From Phaeosaccion multiseriatum (taxonomy: Eukaryota; Protista; Ochrophyta, other classes), in the NCBI GenBank assembly GCA_965112735.1, contig OZ218961.1, positions 2,170,001 through 2,234,000 of the forward strand: a stretch of 64,000 nt of DNA, given 5' to 3'. Positions 10,051-23,194 of the stretch are shown here, in pieces. The position numbers and the translations under genes are program-made. Positions within the stretch are counted from its first letter, which is position 1. Each line of letters opens with the position of its first letter. The notes beneath the pieces were generated by a model. The model did not search any database. It worked only from the letters and a program-made list of their open reading frames with translations, and had not been told where the DNA came from.

Positions 10051-11581
10051 GGGGTGATGAACGACTCTCTCTCTGTTCGCGTGTTTGTGTAGACTCCGCC
10101 GTGTTGCTCTCTCGCTCGAGTGGCGGCGCCTCGCTGGGCCTGCAGTGTATTCTTACAAATGTTCCATAATGCTTTGTATTATTGCTAATGTTAATATCCA
10201 TAATGCTTTTGTATTTAAAATAAAATAATACCCATAATGTTTTTGACGAGCAGAGACCCTTCCGCTGCCACCGCACCACCGCACTATACCTAGCACTACC
10301 TACGTAATCTTACGCTGCTTGGCCGAGGAACCCATCACCGAGGGTGCCGGAGGGGAGAGGGCAGCGCTCAGTGGCTCTGTATCACGGTGCCCCCCCCCAG
10401 TGCCGTCTGTGCCTTGCCTCCCTTCCTTCCTTCCTTCCTTCCTTCCTTCCTTCCGCTTGTCTGCACTGGTGCTGGCACGTACAGCCCCATCACCGCAATG
10501 CCTCACTGCCTTGGCTATACACGGGCATACGGGTATATACGGGTATATACGGGGTATGCCTACTGTACCAGGTGCCTACCGCACGTCCCTACCCTCCCTT
10601 CAGAACAGCATGACCCATTGGCACTGTTACGCAAGGGAGGGAGGGAGGGGGGGCAACAGCGAAGAGAGCGCTTAGTCGAACAGTCGAAGAGCCCACCGCC
10701 CGCATGGCTTCATCTGGATGGACGGTTGCGTTGGCACTTGTGCAGGAAGTTGGGTCCTCTTGGGGAGGGGAGAGGCCCAATTCCCCCCCCCCCCCCCACC
10801 CACCCCCGCACAAACACGCAACTTGTTCTGCCGCCCTGCTTGTTTTCGGCAGCTCCCTCTGTAGTGGAACGTCACGTCGCCCCGCACGGCAGAGCTGCAG
10901 AGCAAGCAAGGTGTCATTTCTTCCGTCGTCGTCAAGGGGCGTATGCACCATACCACCAACTCATGTACCATCAACTGGCGCATCCCTCCTCTCTCAGATA
11001 TCCTTGCTCTGGCAGCTTGTGCATGGCCTCATCTCTCCTCTCCAGTCCCGTGAAGCATCCATGCCACTGCCCGCCTTCGCAGTGAGCAGCGCACACAACG
11101 ACTACCTCGGCCCATCCACCCCTGGAGCCGAACCCTCCCCCGCTACCCCCCGGGATACAACAGGCCCCCCTGGAGCAACGGCCCCTCCGTAGCTCGTCCG
11201 TCGAGTTTGGTCAGTGAAGCTACCGAGCCAAGCAGGCCTCAAGTCAGGCCACAGAGTCAGGCGGGCAGACAGGCAGGTGTCAGGCACGCACAAAGAGCCT
11301 TACCGTTGAAAAGAGCCAAGACGGCAGGATGCTCACCAGTCAATCAATCCATCCTCGCTGTACGTCTCCTGCTCTACAGCATAGCGCAAAGTGACGGCGA
11401 TGGTAAGGCTGTTGGTGCTTCGGATATCGCCGAAGAGAGCAGCCGCACAGGGCTGGGCCTGTGGCCGAGCGTGACAACGATGCGGGCGAGAGGCAGCGAA
11501 CAAACAAACGGGCCGCCGCGGGGCTCTGGAGAGGGTCGACGGAAAGTACTCCGTCTTGGACGAGCAAAGACGGCCCCATGG

Positions 11582-11970
11582 TCAGCTCAAGGTCAGGTAC
11601 TTCGCGCCATCACCACCACCACCGCCGCCGCCGCCGCCGCCTTCGCCTTCTCCCTCTCCCCCTCCTCCTCCGCCTCTTCCCGTTGCGAGAGAGCAGAGCT
11701 CGCTCATGGTCCGGTCGTCATAGGCTCTTCCGTCCGTCACGTTGGTCACCCAGTGCTCCAGCGGCTGCTTAAAGAGGGTGTAGTCATCGCGGAAGAATCT
11801 CCACACGGGGCAGATCACAGATGGGTCTGTGTAATACTTTAGCACAGCGGCGTCTGCATCCGTTTTGTGGTGCTCTGGCTCTTGCTCCAAGAGAGCGCTG
11901 GGGTTGAGCTTCGTCTCCTCCTCCTCCTCCTCCTTCTTCTTCTCGTTGCGTGCTGCCACTAGTCGCGGCG

Positions 11971-12001
<31 letters not shown>

Positions 12002-13097
12002 GTGTATCACCAATTGCTTTGGGTGCGAGTGCGGCGAGTCCGGGAAGGTTTTCACAAAGAGAGGCACGTCCCTGGCCCTCACACCAATGGCCATAAAGAG
12101 CGCGTTAATCTTGTCCGCAGAGGTGGCCGGGTCGAGCAGCTCCACTGTATCATAGAGGTGTATGGTGCGGGTCAAGTTGCCGCAAAAGTGTCCGGCCCGG
12201 GCCCAGTGTGGGTTGTCTCTATGTCCCCATTGAGAGTCCCACGTGGTCATGGACAAGGCTGCCTCTGGAAAGGAGGGCCTCTCTTTGCCGAAAGCGGCTC
12301 TGCACATGCCCATGCCATCATCATCATGCCCATCTTCGCACTTGGAGCGGAAGGCGGAGAGGAAGCGCACGAGGGGCGGGCGATAGAAGACAGCCTTGTG
12401 CCAAGTAGGGTCGCGGAGGATGCGCTCCAGGTCGGGGAGGGTGAGGTGGTGGATCTTGTTGGTGTTCCTGAACCACAACTTGTCCACTTGCACCTGGCGG
12501 GGGTCGTAGCGACTACGGAGAGAGCGAAAGAGGTTGTTGAAGAAGGTGCAGCCCACTCTGTTTGGGGTTGGCGGGGGTGGGGAGGGTGGGGTTTGGGCGG
12601 AGGGGAGGAGAAGGAGCCAGGGGAGGTCGGGTGGCGAGGGGGGCGCGGAGAAGCGAGAGCGAGAGGGGCAGCAGAGGCGTGAGGGAAGGGGTGAAGGGGT
12701 GGGCGAGGGCGGATGCCACTGGTGGGTCGATTCGACAAAAAAATTTCCTTCCCCCCCCCCCCAAAAGCTGCCTACTATTACCTACTTACTTGTCGATGTA
12801 GCAGAATAGCAACCTCCGCTCAGGAACGACGATGAGGCGATTCAGGAACTTGCTATTGTCCAGCAGCACAGGGCCTTCACGCTCCCGGCGCCCCCCGCCT
12901 CCTTTGTGCCTCTGCTGGTGGCGATGCTTCCTCCTATGCCCGTGCTTGTGGCTCTGCCATTCTACTTCTTCCAGCCTCCGGTCATAGCTCGGCTGGTTGG
13001 CGCCCCCCTGCGGCCAGTAGCCCGCACTCAACACCACCACCAGCACCAAGCAGCCTACGAGCCAAGCCACAAGAGTTACTCGATTGGCCGGCGCCAT
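11582..13097 (-). CDS. Carbohydrate sulfotransferase (Sulfotransfer_2 family), type II membrane protein; exons 13097-12790 and 12557-11582
   Basis: N-terminal TM helix; the spliced 5'-PSB motif LLFCYIDK|VGCT is rebuilt across a GT-AG intron at 12789-12558; 3'-PB motif RPPLVRFLSAFRSK. Confidence 0.85.
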
Positions 13098-13222
13098 CCC
13101 TTTTGGGTGTCGTGGGTACCTCTGCTGCCCGCAGCACACCCGTCTGTGTCAGTCAGTCTCTGTTGTAGGCCCCTCTACCTCTGTTTCCCATAGCAGCCGT
13201 GCCAAAAGAGGGTATATCATGA

Positions 13223-13386
13223 GGGGGGCCATTTAGGTAAGGGTTTTGAGTGTGGTTTCGTGTCGAGAGCAGCATGTGGTCGCGACATTAGCTAAGGCTT
13301 ATTCGTGTCGAGAGCACGAGGGGTGGTCTCAAGTCGGAGCCACGACTGAGCGCAGGGGACAGGCTGGCGTACACGCGGATTCGAGC
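13223..13386 (+). repeat. Left terminal inverted repeat
   Basis: GGGGGGCCATTTAGGTAAGGGTTTTGAGTGTGGTTTCGTGTCGAGAGCAGCATGTGGTCGCGACAT...GGATTCGAGC; contains TTCGTGTCGAGAGCA twice. Confidence 0.92.
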
Positions 13387-13585
13387 ATCCACCATCCCCC
13401 CCCCACCCACATAGTACTCCTTGAGAGCTCACTCGGTGTCCAGAACGATGACAGACTCGGGGCTACGGCGGTCAGAGAGAAGCGGAACGCAAGCAAGTTT
13501 AGGACGGTATGTTCGCAACGCCGGTCCCCCCACTCAAAGGAAGGAACCTTCTCCAACGTCTGTCGCACCCCGTAATCCAAACAGC

Positions 13586-15219
13586 ATGGGAAAGGGAAAG
13601 GGAAAGGGAAAGGGAGGGAAAGGAGAACTCGCTGCGAGAGGAGGAGGAGGAGGAGGAGGAAGGAACGGAGGGGCTCCGTCACCGCCGGTAGACACAACAG
13701 CGAGGACAGGAGCGGGAAGGACACCGGCATCCGCAAGTCCGACACCAGGAGGAGCGGGAGGATTGGGAGGACCTCTGTCTGATTTCACAGATTTCACAGC
13801 ATCTCCAGGAGGCGAACCGGGGGCGGCGGCCGCTCCGTCATCATTACCACCACCCGCGGTAGCACCAGCGACAACAGAGGTTGAGGGAGTAGCGGGAGCA
13901 GCGATTTTTGGAGGAGAAGGGGGCGCCGCAGCAGCATCAAGGATTCCTTCTCCACCAACTACAATTGGAACAGAGGGCCTTGCGGAGGGGGCTTTGGAAA
14001 GGGGTAGCGGAGAGAGTCAAGCCGAACTTAGCAAAGCCCAGGAACATGCTGCTGCCACTGCTGCTGCCACTGCTGCCTCTGCTACTGCCTCCGGATCCGT
14101 GCTCCGAGAGGCAGGGAAGTCCACGTCAGCACTCCCTAGTGGCGCGAGAGGAGGAAAAACTAAGAGGTGAGAAGGGCCTGCCTTGTCTCGTCTTTAAAGC
14201 TTCATTCTGTCCGCCTGCTGTAACGATTTCAACACGTCTCTTCCAACACCCCTGCGCAGAACGACGCAGAAGAAAATCCTTGGGCTCCTGAAAGCCAATG
14301 CAGTGTCATCACAGGAGAGGGAGGCGTTAAAGAAGCAGTACAGAGGCAAAATGAACGCCGCTGCGGCCATGTTGGCGGCCTGCGGCGAGAAAATTGTTAT
14401 CGTTGCGGCGGAAGACAGTGAGGTCCGAAAGATTGTGACTAACAATTTCCCGAATGGCAGCGTCCTGGCTACGGCTCTGCGAGACTCCCGTGTGAATTCC
14501 ATCATCCGCGAAGCTGTGAACGATATTCTTCCGAGGCAAGTGCAAACGTCTACAGCTGTTCAAGCGTCCGAACCCAGGACCCCTGAAAAGATTGTGGAGG
14601 AGGACGTGTCAGTGAAAGAGCTGCGCAAGGTCTGTGCGGTCTTGATGAAGCGCCATGCAGGAGATGTTCTGCAGGGAAAAGTCGAACAGAAGAAGCAGGA
14701 AGCCGCGCAGAGGGGGGCAGGGGGACGGCAGGAGGCCGTGGCGGACCCTGGGACAGGGGGGCGGTCAGGGATGGTCTTCACCAGCTCAACGCGAAAGGCA
14801 TCGCCGACAGCGGCCACAGGTACTGCATCGGAGCGACGCCGCAACCGAAGTATTGGCAAGGTGTGACCTACAACGGCAAAGCTATGGACTGGAAGGGATT
14901 TGGAGCCTTTCTCAAAGCAAAGCACTACGCGTGTTTGAGAATTCCCGAGAGCTTGGCGCACTCTGTGGTGGTTGCGTACACGAGGCACGTGTACGCAGCG
15001 GCGGCTGGAAGCAGCGGCGACAGCAACGGCTCAAACACCACCAGGGATCGCCAGAGGATCGGATCCGAAGCCGTCGAAGGCAGTCTGCATTCATTGATCA
15101 GAGAGGGCAACAAAGACGTCGCGGAGGCCCCACTCGACAAGGGCAGCAAGAAGCGAAAGCGGGGAGAGGCGGAGGCAACACCACCAGTATCAGTACCACC
15201 AGTAATGACTAATGTATGA
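13586..15219 (+). CDS. Transposon-borne protein of unknown function (G/A/P-rich N-terminus, helical middle, KKRKR NLS-like C-terminus)
   Basis: The GT-AG intron 14167-14259 joins ORF 13421..14170 in frame to ORF 14303..; a single frameshift near the G-run at ~14757 links to ORF 14863..15219. Start codon uncertain. Confidence 0.55.
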
Positions 15220-15226
15220 TTTAGAT

Positions 15227-18200
15227 TTAAGTCTCTCCTGCCTCCTTCCTCCGCTCCGCCTCCTTCAGCAGCATCCGCGCGATCTCATTGCGCTTCTCCC
15301 CCATGTCTTCCTCCCGCACCTCCTCCTTGAGGGACTTGCCCTCATAGATGCACCTTGCAAAGGACACAGTAAAGACTCCGCAGTCGTATCCATTCTTCTG
15401 CCAGGGGGTCGTGTCGCTGCAAGTCGGCAGGGACTGCCATCCAACCATGTCCATGGGCGCTGCAGACAGGAGGAAGAAGGGGGGGGGGGGTGGTTAATGA
15501 GAGACAGAAGACACAGCGGTGAGCTTGCCCAGACACTTACTCTTGAGCTTATCCACGTGCTCGTCCTGCAGCCAAAGCATGATAGCGTTGCGTGCGAGGT
15601 CGCCTTTGCCCCACTTGCTGTCGTAGCACTGCACTACCTTCTTCTCCATGTCAATGATCACCAAATACCAGTGATGCATGTGAATGTTGACCGGCACAAT
15701 GACCTTGCCACACTCGAAAACGTTTCCCCCCACCACCTTTTCGCCTTGTGTCCACCTCTTCACGTTCGCGTAGACGTACTGGTCCATGCTGAGGAACTTG
15801 TCGGTGAGCTTGTGGAGGAAGTGGGAGTTGAAGAAGTGGGTCGGGCGGCGTTCGCTGTCCAGCTCACACTTCGTCTTGTCGTCCTCTGCCATAAGGTCGA
15901 GGCAGAGATTGATCACCTCGTCGTTCAGCCACGTGAAGGACAGCAGGTACCGTAGCGTGTTCCGCGTAATCTCGGCGTTGAAGAGCGTAAAGAGAATTTC
16001 GTCCCCCTGCCCACCGTGGAAGGCCCATTGTAGGGCGGCCTCGTCACCCTCTGGCGGCAGCCCCGCCGTGTTTGCCTCTGTAGGTCGCCCCCTCTTTCGC
16101 TTGCGACTCTGCCCCTCCCCCGCCCCTGCTGTGACTCCTGCTCCCCCTCCCCGCCTCCTTCTGATGCTCCTGCTCCTTGCCCTCTCCCTTCTGATCTCTG
16201 TGCCTCTTCCTCTCCTTCTTGTACTGCCCCCCTGGGGTCTGTATCCTCGGATTTCTCTTCCTCTACCCCTTCGTCCTCCTGCACGACGCTGCCCACCGAA
16301 TCGCCCCGCGGCGACGGTTGAGGCGCCTCACGATGGAGGCCTTGGCGGAGGCCCACAAGAAGAGGGCTGGAACTGGCCTCGCCAACCTGCTCCTGGACAG
16401 GGGTGCGGCGTGAGAGGAGTAAAAAGGATGGAGGGAGGAGAGGTGGGATGGTTTTCGAGTGAGACACCCAGACGAGGTCAGCCGAAGCCTCCAAAGCCAA
16501 CCAGAAACGAACATTCTCTTCCTCCGGGCTGATGGTCTCCATGTCGGGCATGGTGACCTGTAAAGGAGAGACACACACACACACACACACACAAACATAC
16601 ACACACACATGTATCACTTTGACAAGCAAGCCTGGAAGGGGGCCAGGGTAAAGCACCTACCGCTTCGATTGCTCCTCGTGAGCCTTCCGCGGCCATGTCC
16701 TTCAGTCTCTTCTCCGCGACCATGTGTAAGAAAACGTTAACGTACATCTGAGCTGTGCGCGACGACATGTGCGCCAACTGGGAGTCCACAGGCAAGGCAG
16801 GCAGGCACAAAAAGCAAGGAAGTGAGGAGAAAAACTTGAGTGAGCTGTAGCCCGAGACTCTCCTTCACCTGCGTGGCGATTTTGCGAACCTCCTTGTTGT
16901 TCTGCTCCGCCGCTTGGGTGTCAAGGCTTCGCAAGACGCTGAGGAAGAGACGACAATCACGACGGGGAAGGCGGCTGAGTTCTTACACTGTGGGGAAACT
17001 GAATTGCCCAGGGGAATGTACCCAATTCAAGGGTATGGGCAGGGGGCAGGAGAGAGAGGGGGGGGGGGGAGTTTACCTGTACTCTTCGAACAAGAGAGGC
17101 ACATTCTTCTCGTACGCTGACCGTTTCATCAAACTCAAGATGCCGTAAAGGGTGTTGCAGGCCACATGGTTGGGCAAATGAAAGCGGTCCAGGCAAAACC
17201 TGATGCGAAAAAGTAGGCGCGGGTCCCGGTACAAGATGTACTTGTGCAGCTTACACACTGGGCCAGGAGGACGAGGAGAGGAGCAACGGAGAGCAACGGA
17301 GAGCAACGCAGAGCAACGGAGAGCAGAAGTTAGGCATTTCCTTGGCAACTGCTGCATCAACCCAGCACACTCTGTTCACCGCGGAGGCAGCAGAGGGGGG
17401 TACGGACGCTGCCTGCCGCACTTCCAACCCTTTTCAGTGACACTGAAGGAAATTCCAATCCCTTCGGAGGCGAAGCGGTACAGGGTTGAGGCATCGCAGA
17501 GCACTGTAGAGGCACCAACAAAGCATGAACAGGGCGTCATACACACTCTGTATCACTTCAGAAGCACCAGGAATGAGTACGGGCATTCCCCCCCCCCCCC
17601 CCCGCCCCCCCACAACCAAAAAAAGTCAGGCCGACTAAGTCACTGAATCAGCCCCCCTACGTGACCATGGTGGACCCTTGCCACAAACCCAGCGCGCATC
17701 GCTTGCCTCTGGTGAGGCGCACAAGGAAACATGGGCCTGACCAATCTATGTACCCTGCACCAGTGACTTCACAGGTGGTCTTGGCCCTCCCCCTCTGCGT
17801 CTCAGCTTGGGGAAGATCACCACCCCTGTTACGTGTCAGCCAAGCCGGAGGTATTTTCCCGAATCTCTTTGTCAGGAGCTCAGATAAAGGATCCTCTACA
17901 ATCCTACCAACCCTCAAACATGCAGCAGTCCATTCACCTCCTCTGCTTGGGCCAAACCGGCACCCAGTTTGCTCGTGCCGCCAAAGTAAGTCACTGAATC
18001 ACCCCCCCTGGGTCACCATGGTGGACGCTTGGCCGAAATCTAGCGCGGATCGTTTGAGTTTGGTCAGGGCTACAAGGAAACCTAATCAGACATTGGGGTA
18101 GAAACCCACAAGGTTGACTTCACAGGTTAGCGTAGCAAATCCCTCTCATTTCTGCCCCAAAACAGGGAAAACGACCACCTGCACAGCGTTTAAGCCGGCA

Positions 18201-21200
18201 TGACCAACTTGCCCCACTATTTTTGGTCTGAAGCTGCCCCTACGCATCCTCTACCCCTCTGCAGATTACTAAGCGGTGCCGCAGTCACTGATCCCCTTCC
18301 CTCCACCCAAACACTTTCGATTCTGCTCATGTCTGACCCTGTCAGGCACCGAATCACGCCCGAGGGGGGTCACACGACAGGCACAAGTGACCAGGACTTT
18401 CTCGCAGGCCCAGCTTGACCCCTCCACACTTTTCCGACTCTTCTGGAGATGTCAGAAAGGTGTGAAGAGTATACTAGCAGTGCTGCGGAACCGTCCTTAC
18501 TTGTCCCCGCGGCCTTTGAGGAGTCGAGAGGGAGTACAGGGGGCATCGGCAGCATCGCCGGACCCTCAGTACTCCTCACCGAACCCTCTAAAGACCTCGG
18601 GACGTCATAAACACTGTACCAGCAGCACTACCAGACTCTGCACACTCCTCCCCGACCCTCGAGAGGGCCTTCACCGCTTCAAAGGCTCCACACTCATTCC
18701 CCACAAACAACCCTCAGACGCGTTAAGCTCACCGTTGTCGTAGATCCATAGCACTCTCGCGTGCTTGGAACTTGAAGCACTCCAGCGTCGAATCAGCTCA
18801 AAAGGGTACGCCACCGACTCTGGCCTCGGCATGAACAGCTGGGCGAGCGGGAACCGATGAGAACAGAAGCATAAGAACAAGCCCGACGACATGTTGGCAC
18901 AGCTGCTGCTGTTCTTGCAGCACAAGCCGTCGTCCTTGTCCACTCCGGTCTTGTTTGAGGAAGGCCCGCGGTTCTCCTCATCCTGTGCGTAGGGTCGCCT
19001 CTCCGGTCTCTGCGGTACAAGAGACGAGAAAAAGGCCCAACAACACACAAAGGCGAGAGGACAAGTAGGCGAGTTCAGGGTTGAGCCAGAAGGGCGGGGG
19101 GGAATGGTTCGAAGGCAGGAGTACGGAGCGCATGGTTTTGGACATGAGAGAAAGGAGGTGGGTGGGTGGGGGGGGGGTAGCGGGGGGTAGCGGGAGGGGA
19201 AAGGGGGGCGGAAAGCTCAGCAAGGTCACAAAGCGGGGAAGCCATGATCCCATGCGGTGCTGTCCACTTACACTTTCGAAGGTCTGCGAGCAGCAGAATC
19301 CTTGTGCCCAGTCATCGTCCTTCGACACGACCTTCGTCTCCAAGGGGCGGTGCAGTCCCTTGTCCGCCTCGTCCATCTCCTTACACACGACTATGAAGCG
19401 GTTTCGCACCTCATTCCTACGCTGAACATTCCCCAGAAGGAAAGTGGGTGTCTTGTGCGCAAAACACTCCTCGTGCACGAAGTGGAGCCTTCCCTCTTCA
19501 ATGGCCTTCTCGTGGCGCTCCCTCAGGAGCCTATACTCCATCACTGCCATGGCAAAAAGAGGGTAGTGCCTCCAGAGGCGAGTCAAGAGCTCCGGGGGGC
19601 ACTCCTCCATGTCCTTCTCCAGCCAATCTGCAAGCCAAAGGTGTGTCCCGAAAATGTACCTGCCGGTGGGTGCACCGAGGCCCAGAGGAGGGACAGTTGC
19701 AGCTCAGTACAGACAAAAAAACTGCACAGGCCGGAGCGACTTGTCCAGGCCTTCTCTGTCTCAAGGACGCACCTCTCTACCTCCTTCGAGTCCAGCACGT
19801 GCACATCGTCCTCGTGCCCCGCGTCTGGTGAGACTCCTTCGTCCTCGTCAAAAGGCCCCGTCAAAGCTGTTGAAAGTACGTCCTCCTCAACGCCTTCGAC
19901 TCCTCCACTGAGCCCCGGGAGAACGTCCGACGCTCCATCCGCCGCAAAGTTCCTGCACAAGTATCTCCAGAGGGGAGGGAACACTTCCGCAGTCGGGACT
20001 CCAACGGCGGGACTTTGAATGGGAAGGGATTGAGGGGGGCAGGGGGGATATCCAGGGGGGGGGGGGGCAGAGCGTTTGGACGATTGGAAGTGTAGGGTGC
20101 GGTGCAGAGTGAAAGAAGAGTTCATGATGGTGGCCTTGCCTCACCTCACGGACTCGGCCTTGTAGCCCGCGAAAGCGTCAAACCACATGAAACAGTCCTT
20201 CACCCATTCCGGTACTTCACCGCCATTTTGCAGCTCGGTAAGCTCCTCTCTTGTCAGCTGGGGACGATGCTTCCCCTCCTTGCCGCCACTCGTTTTCACT
20301 CGTGCATACCTCAGCAGGGCACTGCGTGTAGGCTGCTGACGAGAACCAAGCTCCGTGATATCCCCGAAGTGTAAGCGCTTCAGCGGGGGAGGTCCTTTCT
20401 GACTGAGTTGGTCGGTTCAGCCAGATTCATCAACTTTCGTTGAAGGCCTGAATCAGTGAGTGCACATGTCGCAAGCATACAGAGGCATGGGTGTGGGACG
20501 AGGGACGACGGACGTGATGCATACACGAAGTGACGTAGCGAAATCAAGGGGAGAAGGGGAAAGAAAGGGGGGGGGAGAAGAGGGCGGGGGGGCATATACG
20601 GAGGGAGGATCGGATCGAGGGAGGCAAGGGGTAAGGCCCCTATGGGGAGGAAGGAATACATAGGAGAGCAGCTGATACCGCGAGAGAGTAGGAGGCAGTA
20701 GGAGGGGGCAGAGAAGAAGCAGGGGCGGTGTGTAGGCAGCGAGGGAGGACGCGAACGAGGTAGGCAGGAGGGTAGGGGGGTAGGGGCGGGGGCGGTGGAC
20801 AGAGAGTGAAGAGGAGGGGGTACGCAGGGGGACGGGTGGGTGGGGGGGGGGGAGCGGTGGGCAGGGAGGGAAGGGGGGAAGAAGGGAGAACAGAGGCAGG
20901 CCAGGCGCGGGTGGGGGGGCGGGGGGAGGGAGGAAGGGAGAGAGGGATGGGAGGGATGGGAGGGATGGGAGGGATGGGAGGGAGGTAGGGAGGCTGCTCA
21001 ACACTTACCCTCCATGAGACCGTCGACAACGAATGCCCACGGGTCCAGACCGCAAATAGGGCAACACGGCCAGGGGTCCAGGACGCCCTCCATATTGAGG
21101 AGGAAGGCCATGAGGCCCTGCCTGCCCCGCGCTCTCAGAGTCTCCGCAGGGATCGTGAGCACATCTGTCAAGCCAAGTCTAGATGCTCCGTCCACGCAGC

Positions 21201-22709
21201 ATCCTGTCCAGTTGGCTGCTGTAGTACCGTTGCGTCGGATTTGGTCGAGAAAGTCGAAGCCAGCTTTGTAAGCCAAGACTGTGGTATACGTGCTCCGAAA
21301 GAGGGCATGGCTGGAGGTATCCGCCAGGGCGATGTGGCCGCACCTGGGGCATTGATAGTCCACGAGCACGAGGTAGTGCGGGAAGACCGCTTCCTGTGTC
21401 CAAAGACAAGGTTGACTGTGGATGGCAGTCATGCTCGAGCCACAGCTGGCGCATGTCGAAAGTGCTTCAATCCGCTGTGGGTAGGGCTTGCCGTAAAAGT
21501 AGGCCTGCATCAGCTCCACTATCTCCGAGTTGCCCCCCTGTCGCCCTAACCATGCCACTTGACGTTGGTGCAGCGATATTGCGCCCCCATTTGTTATAGT
21601 CTCCACCATCTCTTGAATATTGCGCGTCGGCCTGTGGTGCGGCGTGTCCGAGTACTCGGGCGCCGCCGCTCTGGGTTCGTCCGAGTGTAACTCCTCCCAA
21701 GCGATGCCATACATGTCGTCGCCCCCCCCCCCCCCAAAGTCTCCTGCCCCATCGTACACGTCTTCACTCCCTACGTCTTGAAAGAAGCCGTCCTCCCCTT
21801 CCCCCCTGTCCCCACAGCCCCCGCCCCCTCCGGAGGTGGGAAGAAGGGCGTCCCGTGACACGAGATGCGCAGCAATCTCGCACTCCCCTTGCTGGCACTC
21901 CATGCCCAGCAGACTCAGACAAGTGCCACAGGCGGGACACAAATTGCGACTGCAGAGCTCGCCACAAAGCGACTGGAAAAGTAAACGACAGCGAGCGACA
22001 GGGGATTCAGGGGGGGGGTGTGGAGGTCAAGTGAGACCAAATCGAAGCGAAAGCGAGCTGTGTCAGACTTTTCGTCAATAGCTCCACTCCCTACCCATCG
22101 TACCTTATGACCCACGCACTCCAAGCCTTCACGCACTGGTTCAGGAAGCTGTGCGCATCGCTCACTCCAGGAGGAAGATACGTCCCACAAGAGGGTGCTC
22201 TCGGGGAGGGGTGAAGAGAGCAGTGAGGAGGCGAGGAACTTGGCGCAACAACTCTCGGCACTGTCGATTCTTACAGCAGGGGCGGTCTCCTGGATGGACA
22301 ATGAGTGCCGGCGACGGAAGGCAGTCTTGTGTGCACCGAGTCCGTGCAGCTCTCCACAGTGCAGATGGCATAACCGGTGCAAACATTCAGAGCTGCTTGG
22401 CAGCACGGAACCATTCCACCCCTCAATGCAGTTACCAGGATGAGGACACATACTGTTGAAGACCTTGCGTTGGCCCTCAAGTGTGATACCAGACAGGGAC
22501 AGCTTCGCTTTCCGCAATGTTTCTAACAATGCCTGAAAGATCAGCCATTCCTCATCAATCGCTCGTTCGGCAAACGTGTACTCGAGGCCTACGGTACTCT
22601 CAACTGCAGCACACTCATCGTACCGTCGCTGGAGTCTATCGCCCGAAGCGCTGAGGTCGTCGAAGAGCCCGAGCATATCTCCAGTACTCTCTGCACTCGC
22701 AACAGGCAT
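15227..22709 (-). CDS. Multi-exon KDZ/Zisupton-like transposase (Cys clusters, RNase H-fold core) fused to a C-terminal Ulp1/C48 SUMO protease; several homopolymer frameshifts
   Basis: CxC clusters (CASCG..YQCPRCG; CPICGLDPWAFVVDG). Core: CCKN..SSGLFLCFCSH..PESVAYPFELI, WIYDN|VCKLHKY (intron 18732-17258), LDRFHLPNHVAC, DTQAAEQNN. Ulp1: WLNDEVIN, FFNSHF, VPVNIHMHHW, CYDS, QKNGYDCGVF. Confidence 0.8.
17636..18200. repeat. Diverged ~351-bp direct repeat inside the long transposase intron
   Basis: TAAGTCACTGAATCA..CCATGGTGGAC at 17636 and 17987; TGACTTCACAGGT at 17764 and 18115. Confidence 0.75.
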
Positions 22710-22892
22710 GGTGACGTGTGTAACTGTCTCTCACCTTGTTTCCCACCCTGAAAGGGCGCTGAAGTCTTAACGTTTGAGGACGTAAGAGCAGCCCAGTAGA
22801 GAGTGGGAAAGACAAGCAGAGGAGGGAAAAGGTCGTGTCATTACCACGCAGTGCGAAGAGGAGATCCCGAGAAGATCCAGTGTGCCCGTGCG

Positions 22893-23061
22893 GCTCGAAT
22901 CCGCGTGTACGCCAGCCTGTCCCCTGCGCTCAGTCGTGGCTCCGACTCGAGACCACCCCTCGTGCTCTCGACACGAATAAGCCTTAGGTCATGTCGCGAC
23001 CACATGCTGCTCTCGACACGAAACCACACTCAAAACACCCTACCTAAATCGGGGGGCCCCC
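22893..23061 (-). repeat. Right terminal inverted repeat
   Basis: GCTCGAATCC...ATGTCGCGACCACATGCTGCTCTCGACACGAAACCACACTCAAAACACCCTACCTAAATCGGGGGGCCCCC, the reverse complement of the left TIR with few mismatches. Confidence 0.92.
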
Positions 23062-23194
23062 GTTGGATCCCCGTTACGACCGAAATCATTTAGAGGCATA
23101 CGGGCTTTATCGATCCCCTGGCGATCATCCGCTGGGCAAACTCACACCCTGTGTTTGTGGGAAGTGTAGCGAAGGGTAAGAACGTAAAGAAACC

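Larger units (their letters stand above)
13223..23061. mobile_element. ~9.8 kb TIR DNA transposon, KDZ (Kyakuja-Dileera-Zisupton) / Zisupton-like
   Basis: ~165-bp near-perfect terminal inverted repeats enclose a KDZ-type transposase-Ulp1 gene and a second gene. No TSD seen; the exact termini are uncertain by a few bp. Confidence 0.85.

Noticed and set aside
10300-11500. Several 100-230 aa ORFs
   Set aside because: Low complexity with no recognisable domain; likely intergenic or UTR.
13200-23080. Target-site duplication of the transposon
   Set aside because: No convincing direct repeat flanks the TIRs.
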